A stretch of DNA of 64,000 nucleotides from Eledone cirrhosa (lineage: Eukaryota): the NCBI GenBank assembly GCA_964016885.1, contig OZ024744.1, forward strand, positions 103,106,001-103,170,000. Direction: 5' to 3'. The notes below the pieces were generated by a model. It was not told where the DNA came from. It did not search any database and was given only the letters and a program-made list of their open reading frames with translations. The translations under genes and the position numbers were made by a program. Positions 30,001 through 40,414 of this stretch are shown here, in pieces. Every line of letters begins with the position of its first letter. Position 1 is the stretch's first letter.

Positions 30001-30072
30001 TGTTTAAAGTGGTCCTCCTGCCATGAATCTGAAAACTGCCCAATCCACCGTGTAAGATGGCCATGATGGTGT
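1..30072. repeat. 48-bp satellite DNA array, about 625 monomers, continuing past the left edge of the window
   Basis: Consensus GCCATGAAACTAAAAAGTAGTCAGTCTACTGTTTAAAGTGGTCCTGCT repeats head-to-tail with recurrent variants (AGTAACC/AGTAGTC, TCCAC/TCTAC, CTGTT/CTGCT). The consensus has stops in all six frames; the short minus-strand ORFs show the 16-aa (48-bp) period. The array ends in a divergent monomer at about 30012-30072. Confidence 0.98.
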
Positions 30073-30179
30073 CCACTTTAGAATGTAATTTACAACCTTC
30101 TGCAATCCTCATAATTGTGTTTAAAATATATAAATGATATCAAAATTTCACTCGGCTTTGAATGTATGTTGTAAGTAGT

Positions 30180-30412
30180 CACCGATACATACCAGCCTTT
30201 CCTCTCCATACCATTGATGTTCTGCAAGGAAAGGTAAAGGTTGATACAACTTGGCACCAGAGACATCACAACTCATTTCACAGCTGAGTAAACTGGAGTC
30301 ATATGAAATAAAGTGTCTTACTCAAGGACACAGCACACTGCCTGTTACAGGAAACGAACTAACAACCTGATGATTGTAAGCCCAACTGTCTAAGTACTAA
30401 GCCATGAGCCTT
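30180..30412 (-). mobile_element. tRNA-derived CORE-type SINE, degenerate (3' tail type A)
   Basis: The reverse complement reads TGGCTTAGTACTTAGA...GTCCTTGAGTAAGACACTTTATTTCATATGACTCCAGTTTACTCAGCTGTGAAATGAG, matching the head and central domain of the SINE at 58768; the tail differs. Confidence 0.8.
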
Positions 30413-30660
30413 CACATGCTACATAGTATGGTGGACACAAAAAGAAATGTTAACAATCACATATGTATATGTAACAAATCATATAGGTTAAGATGTTCAT
30501 TAAAAATTAGAAAGGGTGATTATATTATGACTTACCCTATAGAGATATGCTAACTAGGTCAAAATATTCTATGGAAGTCTTACCTGAAATTAAAGAAAGA
30601 AAATAAAATAAATTTATAGCAACATACATATGTGACAGAATAATAAAATACATTAATATG

Positions 30661-30920
30661 TTAAGCCCTTAGATTTAAACCGGCCATATCCGGCCAGAAT
30701 TCTCTCGCCTCTTTCTGTTTAAAACTGGCCGTAACTGGCTGCTGATACTTATGGTAAGGCATTGTTCTCGAAATAAATAATATCGAATCTACCAGATTTT
30801 GATATTGTTTATTTTGAGATATTATATTATTCGATATTATGTGAGATATTCGCGTGAGATAATGTGTTTCATGAAAATACAATAGTGTAATATAGAACAA
30901 TGTAAATGCTAAAGGGTTAA
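30661..30920. mobile_element. MITE with TTAA-CCC termini (piggyBac-like ends)
   Basis: Left end TTAAGCCCTTAGATTT and right end AAATGCTAAAGGGTTAA (reverse complement TTAACCCTTTAGCATTT) form imperfect TIRs bounded by TTAA; 260 bp, non-coding. Confidence 0.65.
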
Positions 30921-31136
30921 ATGAAAATTACAAAATATTTAAAAATTATAACTTACATTATACTCTTCAATCTTCCACTGGTGTTTCCGAAGAAAAAAAA
31001 AAACAAAGAAAATAAGAGAAATTCTAAATGGAAATCATATATACATTCCTACATATATATATTTATATATATATATATATATATATATTATAAAGAGTTG
31101 GGGCCTGACTAGTGTGCTCTTCTCATTTCAACAGCA

Positions 31137-34100
31137 AGTTCATTATATCAATATACACACTACCCTTTATATCAACATACACACTACCCTTTATATCAAT
31201 ATACACACTACCCTTTATATCAATATACACACTACCCATTATATCAATATACACACTACCTTTTATATCAATATACACACTACCCTTTATATCAATATAC
31301 ACACTACCCTTTATATCAATATACACACTACCCTTTATATCAATATACACACTACCCTTTATATCAACATACACACTACCCTTTATATCAATATACACAC
31401 TACCCTTTATATCAATATACACACTACCCTTTATATCAATATACACACTACCCTTTATATCAATATACACACTACCCTTTATATCAATATACACACTACC
31501 CACTATATCAATATACACACTACCCTTTATATCAATATACACACTACCCATTATATCAATATACACACTACCCATTATATCAATATACACACTACCCACT
31601 ATATCAATATACACACTACCCTTTATATCAATATACACACTACCCTTTATATCAATATACACACTGCCCATTATATCAATATACACACTACCCATTATAT
31701 CAATATACACACTACACATTATATCAATATACACACTACCCTTTATATCAATATACACACTACCCATTATATCAATATACACACTACCCTTTATATCAAC
31801 ATACACACTACCCTTTATATCAATATACACACTACCCTTTATATCAATATACACACTACCCTTTATATCAATATACACACTACCCTTTATATCAACATAC
31901 ACACTACCCTTTATATCAATATACACACTACCCTTTATATCAATATACACACTACCCATTATATCAATATACACACTACACACTATATCAATATAAACAC
32001 TACACACTATATCAATATACACACTACCCTTTATATCAATATACACACTACCCATTATATCAATATACACTACCCTTTATATCAATATACACACTACACA
32101 CTATATCAATATACACACTACCCATTATATCAATATACACACTACCTTTTATATCAATATACACACTACCCACTATATCAATATACACACTACCCATTAT
32201 ATCAATATACACACTACCCATTATATCAATATACACACTACCCATTATATCAATATACATACTACACACTATATCAATATACACATTACCCTTTATATCA
32301 ATATACACACTACACATAGTTCATTATATCATTATACACACTACCCTTTATATCAATATACACACTACCCTTTATATCAATATACACACTACCCATTATA
32401 TCAATATACACACTACCCAATATATCAATATACACACTACCCATTATTTCAATATACACACTACCCTTTATATCAATATACATACTACACACTATATCAA
32501 TATACACATTACCCTTTATATCAATATACACACTACACATAGTTCATTATATCATTATACACACTACCCATTATATCAATATACACACTACCCTTTATAT
32601 CAATATACACACTACCCATTATATCAATATACACACTACCCTTTATATCAATATACACACTACCCTTTATATCAATATACACACTACCCTTTATATCAAT
32701 ATACACACTACCCTTTATATCAATATACACACTACCCTTTATATCAATATACACACTACCCACTATATCAATATACACACTACCCATTATATCAATATAC
32801 ACACTACCCATTATATCAATATACACACTACCCATTATATCAATATACATACTACACACTATATCAATATACACACTATATCAATATACACATTACCCTT
32901 TATATCAATATACACACTACACATAGTTCATTATATCATTATACACACTACCCTTTATATCAATATACACACTACCCTTTATATCAATATACACACTACC
33001 CATTATATCAATATACACACTACCCAATATATCAATATACACACTACCCATTATTTCAATATACACACTACCCTTTATATCAATATACATACTACACACT
33101 ATATCAATATACACATTACCCTTTATATCAATATACACACTACACATAGTTCATTATATCAATATACACACTACCCTTTATATCAATATACACACTACCC
33201 ATTATATCAATATACACACTACCCTTTATATCAATATACACACTACCCATTATATCAATATACACACTACCCTTTATATCAATATACACACTACCCATTA
33301 TATCAATATACACACTACCCTTTATATCAATATACACACTACCCATTATATCAATATACACACTACCCATTATATCAATATACACACTACCCTTTATATC
33401 AATATACACACTACCCATTATATCAACATACACACTACCCATTATATCAATATACACACTACCCTTTATATCAATATACACACTACCCATTATATCAATA
33501 TACACACTACCCTTTATATCAATATACACACTACCCATTATATCAATATACACACTACCCTTTATATCAATATACACACTACCCATTATATCAATATACA
33601 CACTACCCTTTATATCAATATACACACTACCCATTATATCAATATACACACTACCCATAGTTCATTATATCAATATACACACTACCCATTATATCAATAT
33701 ACACACTACCTTTTATATCAATATACACACTACCCATTATATCAATATACACACTACCCATTATATCAATATACACACTACCCTTATATAAATATACACA
33801 CTACCTTTTATATCAATATACACACTACCCATTATATCAATATACACACTACCTTTTATATCAATATACACACTACCCATTATATCAATATACACACTAC
33901 CCTTTATATCAATATACACACTACCTTTTATATCAATATACACACTACCCATTATATCAATATACACACTACACATTATATCAATATACACACTACCCTT
34001 TATATCAATATACACACTACCTTTTATATCAATATACACACTACCCATTATATCAATATACACACTACCCTTTATATCAATATACACACTACCTTTTATA

Positions 34101-35853
34101 TCAATATACACACTACCCATTATATCAATATACACACTACACATTATATCAATATACACACTACCCTTTATATAAATATACACACTACCTTTTATATCAA
34201 TATACACACTACCCATTATATCAATATACACACTACCCTTATATAAATATACACACTACACATTATATCAATATACACACTACCCATTATATCAATATAC
34301 ACACTACCCATTATATCAATATACACACTACCCTTTATATCAATATACACACTACCCTTATATAAATATACACACTACACATTATATCAATATACACACT
34401 ACCCATTATATCAATATACACACTACCCATTATATCAATATACACACTACCCATTATATCAATATACACACTACCCATTATATCAATATACACACTACCC
34501 TTTATATCAATATACACACTACCCTTTATATCAATATACACACTACCCTTTATATCAATATACACACTACACATTATATCAATATACACACTACCCATTA
34601 TATCAATATACACACTACCCTTTATATCAATATACACACTACCCTTTATATCAATATACACACTACCCATTATATCAATATACACACTACACATTATATC
34701 AATATACACACTACCCATTATATCAATATACACACTACACACTATATCAATATACACACTACCCTTTATATCAATATACACACTACCCTTTATATCAATA
34801 TACACACTACCCATTATATCAATATACACACTACCCTTTATATCAATATACACACTACCCATTATATCAATATACACACTACACACTATATCAATATACA
34901 CACTACCCATTATATCAATATACACACTACCCATTATATCAATATACACACTACCCATTATATCAATATACACACTACCCATTATATCAATATACACACT
35001 ACCCATTATATCAATATACACACTACCCTTTATATCAATATACACACTACCCTTTATATCAATATACACACTACCCATTATATCAATATACACACTACCC
35101 ATTATATCAATATACACACTACCCATTATATCAATATACACACTACCCTTTATATCAATATACACACTACCCTTTATATCAATATACACACTACCCATTA
35201 TATCAATATACACACTACCCTTTATATCAATATACACACTACCCATTATATCAATATACAAACTACCCATTATATCAATATACAAACTACCCATTATATC
35301 AATATACACACTACCTTTTATATCAATATACACACTACACACTATATCAATATACACACTACCCTTTATATCAATATACACACTACCCTTTATATCAATA
35401 TACACACTACACACTATATCAATATACACACTACCCATTATATCAATATACACACTACCCTTTATATCAATATACACACTACCCATTATATCAATATACA
35501 CACTACCCTTTATATCAATATACACACTACCCTTTATATCAATATACACACTACCTTTTATATCAATATACACACTACCCTTTATATCAATATACACACT
35601 ACCCTTTATATCAATATACACACTACCAATTATATCAATATACACACTACCCTTTATATCAATATACACACTACCCATTATATCAATATACACACTACCC
35701 ATTATATCAATATACACACTAACCTTTATATCAATATACACACTACCCTTTATATCAATATACACACTACCCATTATATCAATATACACACTACACATAG
35801 TTCATTATATCAATATACACACTAGCCATTATATCAATATACACACTACACAT
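31137..35853. repeat. 24-bp minisatellite, about 195 copies
   Basis: Unit TATATCAATATACACACTACCC(T/A)T with CTT/CAT/CAC variants. The 8-aa periodic ORFs (ISIYTLPF, GSVYIDIK) are by-products of the 24-bp period. Confidence 0.98.
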
Positions 35854-35917
35854 GCTAGCAGAAAAACCACCGTTTGGGTGGTTTTTCTTCTAGCATTGGT
35901 AGTGTGTATATTGATAT
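35831..35917. repeat. Inverted repeat with 41-bp arms and a 5-nt loop
   Basis: ATATCAATATACACACTACACATGCTAGCAGAAAAACCACC-GTTTG-GGTGGTTTTTCTTCTAGCATTGGTAGTGTGTATATTGATAT; 3 mismatches. Confidence 0.95.
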
Positions 35918-36326
35918 TATATGCAAGTATATATACATGTAGATATGATACATCAAATAAAATCGTAATTGACAATATATAATACATAGAAATTGAATGA
36001 AGACTGCGTTACACTGTGTTCTGTAATCAGTAAAGTAATCCATGATACATTAAATAAGACGATATTATATATAAACTGCAATAGAAGTAAATTAGTATGT
36101 TTATTTAACGATGGCCAACCGGAAGTGTTGACATTTCAGAAATTTTAAAGAAGTGAATCTTTAAATAAACAAAATATATTTAATCAACAGCCACGAAATT
36201 TAAAAGATAAATTATGTAATATTCATTCATTATTTATTCAAAGTAATCCAACTTAATTTACTTATGGGATAAACAAAATTATAAACCGTACGCAGTCCCG
36301 CGCTCCTTACTTTATTATAGTTTAGA
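35856..36326 (-). mobile_element. Non-autonomous Helitron-like element (3' boundary uncertain)
   Basis: Minus strand starts A|TCTAAACTATAATAAAG at 36326. Positions 36117-36170 are the reverse complement of about 43162-43213 (AAATGTCAACACTTCCGGTT), which lies in a Helitron-like element. A hairpin plus CTAG occurs at 35856-35881, but the CTAG is followed by C rather than T. Confidence 0.5.
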
Positions 36327-36338
36327 TATATATGTATA

Positions 36339-37273
36339 CTAGCAGCAGTACCCAGTGTTGCCTGGGTAGGTAAAATAATATCTGCTTTGATGAAAAGGTG
36401 TTGATCTTAGCGACTGCTTCTCGACGACTCATCTATGGCCATACGGGGGAGGGTGGTGATGACCTCTATCACTGAGAAATGCGGGTGACTGACGAAGGGG
36501 CATGCTGGAGGAGGGAGGTAATGACCTCTAACACGAAGCGAAATTTCTTCATGCTACTTGATTGGAAACCGATGAATTCTCAAATACACAAGTAAAAGCT
36601 CAGACGACGTGAGTGGCCATCGTTTTGCCTTTGACCAACTATAAGATGTGCAATGATAGGTTCTATTGTAGTATAAAAATTGAACCAAATAAATTGATTT
36701 ATGTGTGAGGTGGAGCCGAAGTTTCGAATTTGAACGAAATTGGTTGAAAAATGTGGGAGCTAATGATAGGTTCTATCGTAGTATAAAAGTTGAACCAAAT
36801 AAATTGATTTGTGTGTGAGGTGAAATAATCAGATCTAGCGTAGTGTAAAATTTGAACAAAGTAGGTTGATTAATGTGGGAGCTAGAGCCGAAAAAGTGGG
36901 AATTTGAGTCTAAAAGTGGTAATTTTGAATATTCAAGCGGCTGCCACGCCGTCCCTGAACAACAAATGCAAAATATAAAGTCATTACAAGATGTGCAATG
37001 ATAAATTCTATTTTGCTTTAATGAAATCGGTGGCAAAATATGGGAGCTAGAACCAAAAATCTTATTTTTCGATACCTAAAAAAGGTGACTGCCCTATCGA
37101 TTTTTATCTGCAAAATGACCCCGGAATAAAAAAAACGATACGCTGATATATAGAAAACACTCCCCGATGAATAATCTATGAGCCTGTAAAGTTTCATGAA
37201 AATCGGTCGTAAGATGTAGGCCCCTATAGGTAATACACAGACACACACATACTTAATTTTATATATATACAGA
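36339..37273 (-). mobile_element. Non-autonomous Helitron
   Basis: Minus strand: 5' A|TCTGTATATATATAAAATTAAGTATGTGTGTGTCTG; 3' hairpin ACCCAG-GCAACA-CTGGGT (36350-36367), then CTAG|T at 36339-36342. Internal diverged direct repeats at about 36645-36900. Confidence 0.8.
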
Positions 37274-37278
37274 TATAT

Positions 37279-37670
37279 AGAAATAGGATTTTGCTTCAAG
37301 CATAGCGTTATACATATATGTATAGAAATTTCGTATTTCTAAAGAAACACGGTTTTAGGAAGCCGTAGCTATGTAAACATCGAGGCTAACGCCCTCTGGT
37401 GGTGTCCAGCAGAAGCAAGGGGACAACCGTCTATGCATTTCAGGCTTGACTGGCCTTCCTCAGGACAGTCCCTCCCACCGCTTGCAACTGCTGGACTTGA
37501 AAACAGTCGAGAATATATAGTTTTTTCGTTTGTGTAAATGAGGTGATTAATCTCATTTGCATATAAAGCTGCATAAGTTGGCTCAACTTATAATAGAAAA
37601 GAAATAGGATTTCGCTTCAAGCATAGCTTTATACAATTATGTATAGAAATTTCGTATTTCTAAAGAAACA
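37279..37670 (-). mobile_element. Hammerhead-containing element with 71-bp direct terminal repeats (retrozyme-like or Penelope-derived, unit 321 bp)
   Basis: 37279-37349 and 37600-37670 are near-identical (AGAAATAGGATTT...TAAAGAAACA). The internal region carries a complete hammerhead; flanks are TA-rich; no ORF; no TG..CA LTR ends. Confidence 0.75.
37425..37470 (-). ncRNA. Minimal type I hammerhead ribozyme
   Basis: Minus strand GACUGUC-CUGAGGA-AGGC-CAGUCAA-GCCU-GAAA-UGCA-UA-GACGGUU. Stem I is 7 bp (two G-U), the CUGANGA and GAAA core is intact, stem II is 4 bp, stem III is the palindrome AUGCAU, and the cleavage triplet is AUA (cut between 37432 and 37431). Confidence 0.88.
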
Positions 37671-37678
37671 TATACTTA

Positions 37679-37685
<7 letters not shown>

Positions 37686-37711
<26 letters not shown>

Positions 37712-38580
37712 TTCATTTATTGGCCACAAGGGCCGACATATAGGGGACAATACAAAAGACTGGGACAGTGGAGTTTTACAGAAAAATCAAGTAAACAATA
37801 TGAATAACAATAACAAAATAACAATAAAATTACAACAAGAAAAAATTCCCCAATAGGGGGGGATGACCACCCAGGGTTCGCTCAGATACCCCACCAGTCC
37901 TGAACGACCCGACGCTTCGAGAGCACCCTGGAAGGGCACCCCTCTCCTCCTCAAATTTACCTACCTACAGCCACATGACCAGAGTAGCCCCACTCACACG
38001 GGTCATTCTCGCCGCATTCACCCACCTTTCAGCAAATGTACTAGGGGGCAGCACTTCTCTCTCCTCCCTCACCTTCCTTTCCAAGTGAAAATTGAAAAAG
38101 TTGATGAGGGATTGGCTGAAGAGAAAAGTGTCTGTCTTCAGTCCTTTCAACCTCGTCCACCTTAAAACCTCTTTCGCTACTGCCACCAGACAGAGGAAAA
38201 TTGCCTGCCCTTACTGGCCAATAGAAGGCGGCGGGTCGATCTTCACTATGGACTCGGCTGATAGCCGGATCCGTTCTACACGCGACAACAGCTGTTCAAC
38301 ATAACTCCACAAGTCAGTAATGCACGGACACTGGACGAGTGCGTGCAGAATGGTTTCGTCGCTCTGCCCGCATCTCGGGCAGGTCCGTCTGACAGCACTT
38401 CCGTGCCTGTAGAGTTTATCTCGAACCGGCAGTGCCCTCCATTAGCACTGCCAAGCGAGGGATTTTTGGGAATTATTCATCGTCCCCGGCTCGAAGGTCC
38501 TCCGGGTCAGACTGGTTAGTTTGACTTCGTCGATTCCCAGAGCCTCTTCGAGTGCGTCGTTGCACTTGCCCACCACTAAT
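37686..38580 (-). mobile_element. L1/Tx1-like LINE 3' fragment (ORF2 C-terminal zf-RVT-like region), copy 1
   Basis: Minus-strand translation SLAWQC*..ALPVRDKLYRHGSAVRRTCPRCGQSDETILHALVQCP...VAKEVLRWTRLKGL (CCHC-type motif); 3' end has AATAAA and an (ATT)n tail at about 37686-37710. Confidence 0.75.
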
Positions 38581-38582
38581 CC

Positions 38583-39170
38583 TTTACCACAAGGGTTGAC
38601 ACAAAGTATAACATTAAAGACAACACAGGACAATACAAATGGGCATTTCTGTATGTAAAAAAAAACAGAGTATGTGACAAAAAAGGAAACAATGAAAAAT
38701 TCCCAAATAGGGGGGAGACCTCCGAGGGTTGCTCGTGGAGAAAGCCCACAAGAAAAGCCATGGTTACCCTGACCACCAGGGCAAATGCCTTCTTCCAGTT
38801 TTCCTCCTATGATGCTACAGGCACACACTCAGGGTAGACCCATTCACACGAGCCATTCTTGCCTCTCTCACCTACCTCTCAACAAACTGGCTGGAAGTCA
38901 GCACTTCCCTCTCCACCCTGATTTTCCTTTTCAGGTGAAACCTGAAAAGGTTAATGAGGGCGTGACCGAAGAGGAAAGTACCCGTCTTCAACCCTTTCAG
39001 ATGTGTCCACCATGCAATCTCTTTTACCATGGCCACCAGGCAGATAAAAACTGCCTGCCCTTCTCAGCTAAAGGAAGGTGGCGGGGCAATTTTAACGATG
39101 GGCTCAGCTGATATCCGTCCTACACGCGACAGCAGGTGTTCGGCATAAACCCACAAGTCAGCAATGCTCG
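38583..39170 (-). mobile_element. L1/Tx1-like LINE 3' fragment, copy 2 (diverged)
   Basis: 38830-39165 is colinear with 37985-38325 (e.g. CTACACGCGACAGCAGGTGTTC vs CTACACGCGACAACAGCTGTTC); the 3' end shares CCACAAGGG with copy 1. Confidence 0.75.
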
Positions 39171-39852
39171 GTTTCATAACTTTTGTTATGACAGGGCCAC
39201 ACCAACATCAGATTGGTACTTTCATTGTTAATATTGCCTTCAGGAAAAGCTTCTTAAGCTCTATATTTTTGGACTGTATGTTTTTGAACTCTATATTTTG
39301 GTACTCTATGCTTTTAGGCTCTATATTCTACTGGATGGATATTATGACTAATATTATAAAACATTTTGCCTGAAATCTATATATCCTTTGATATTTATAT
39401 AAAATTTTAATACCTACAATTACCATTCTGCTTACATTACATATATTGCAAGTACTCTACTGTAATGATATTTTAACTATAATATTCTTGTTATAATTAA
39501 TAACCATATCCTTATACATAACCTATACCTCCAATTATTTATATTATAGCTTTATTATAATTTTTATAATAATATTGGGTTAGGGTGAGGGTTGGGGTTG
39601 TGGTTGATGTTAATGTTGGAATTGGGGTTAAGGTTAGTGGGTATAGAAAAATCCAGGAGAGAGAGCAGGTCCAAGGGTACCCCCTTTTCCCCACTTACTT
39701 TTCCATTAAAAAATGTCCTTTGCATTATATTAGGAGGTAAGTTTAATTGATTGCACTTGAACAAAAATATGATGAAAAAAAATTACTATTTCCCACTAAA
39801 ATTGGTAAGGATTGTCTTTCTATAAATTTACCAAAACAAGAACTGTCAGAAC

Positions 39853-39990
39853 CTGACCTCATTGGAATTATTGCTGTTGTATTAAATGGGGGTTTTAACA
39901 GTGTTATAGGCCCTACCATGGTCAGAGAGATACCAGGGTATATATACACATATATATATAGAGGGAAAGAGACATAGGTATATATATATA
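39853..39990. repeat. Dispersed repeat, second copy at about 42874-43005
   Basis: CTGACCTCATTGGAATTATTGCTG...GGTCAGAGAGATACCAGGGTATATA...GAGGGAAAGAGAC is near-identical at both sites, and both end in (TA)n. Confidence 0.85.
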
Positions 39991-40042
39991 TATATTTATT
40001 AAAATAACAGATTAAAGTTTAAGCAAAGAATCGCTGCTTTCA

Positions 40043-40085
40043 CCCTTAACGGGATCTTCTGAGTTTCAGAAGATCCCGTTAAGGG
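40043..40085. repeat. Perfect 20-bp-arm inverted repeat
   Basis: CCCTTAACGGGATCTTCTGA-GTT-TCAGAAGATCCCGTTAAGGG. Confidence 0.95.
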
Positions 40086-40158
40086 GTTCTTATATATTTG
40101 ATATATATTTATCCTTATCGAGCCCTCTTTGGATTTTAGTCTTCAAATTTATTATTAT

Positions 40159-40196
<38 letters not shown>

Positions 40197-40202
40197 TACA
40201 CA

Positions 40203-40385
40203 CTGATACAACAGAACAATACAACATGTTAAACATGATATAAAAATTACAAAGTCTTTATAAATTATAACTTACATGTTTGGGTTAACGGTGGAAGTAA
40301 CTGTTGGTTTAAAAATCATGCCTGAAAGTAAGTATCAAATAAAATAATAGCAATTCTACATTGATATGTTTGTGTTTGTATATAT
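40203..40385. repeat. Dispersed AT-rich repeat, second copy at about 52541-52720
   Basis: CTGATACAACAGAACAATACAA..TGTTAAACATGATATAAAAATTACAAAG...CTACATTGATATGTTTGT is shared; family not identified. Confidence 0.8.
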
Positions 40386-40414
40386 GTATACATATATATG
40401 TGTGTATGTATGTA

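Noticed and set aside
1-30072. CRISPR-like array
   Set aside because: No unique spacers; monomers are contiguous and vary by point changes; no cas genes; eukaryotic context.
31112-35798. Long ORFs of 294-487 aa on both strands
   Set aside because: A 24-bp unit lacking stops in several frames gives ORFs automatically; 23-bp and 31-bp units break the frames freely.
1-35853. 48-bp and 24-bp periods being in a 2:1 ratio
   Set aside because: No sequence similarity between the two units; treated as coincidence.
36489-36550. CTGACGA...GAAA as a possible hammerhead
   Set aside because: No stem II or stem I pairing could be found.
39577-39638. GGGTTAGGGTGAGGGTTGGGGTTG telomere-like tract
   Set aside because: Short and degenerate, with only one exact TTAGGG; more likely an internal hexamer tract of a repeat than a telomere or fusion site.
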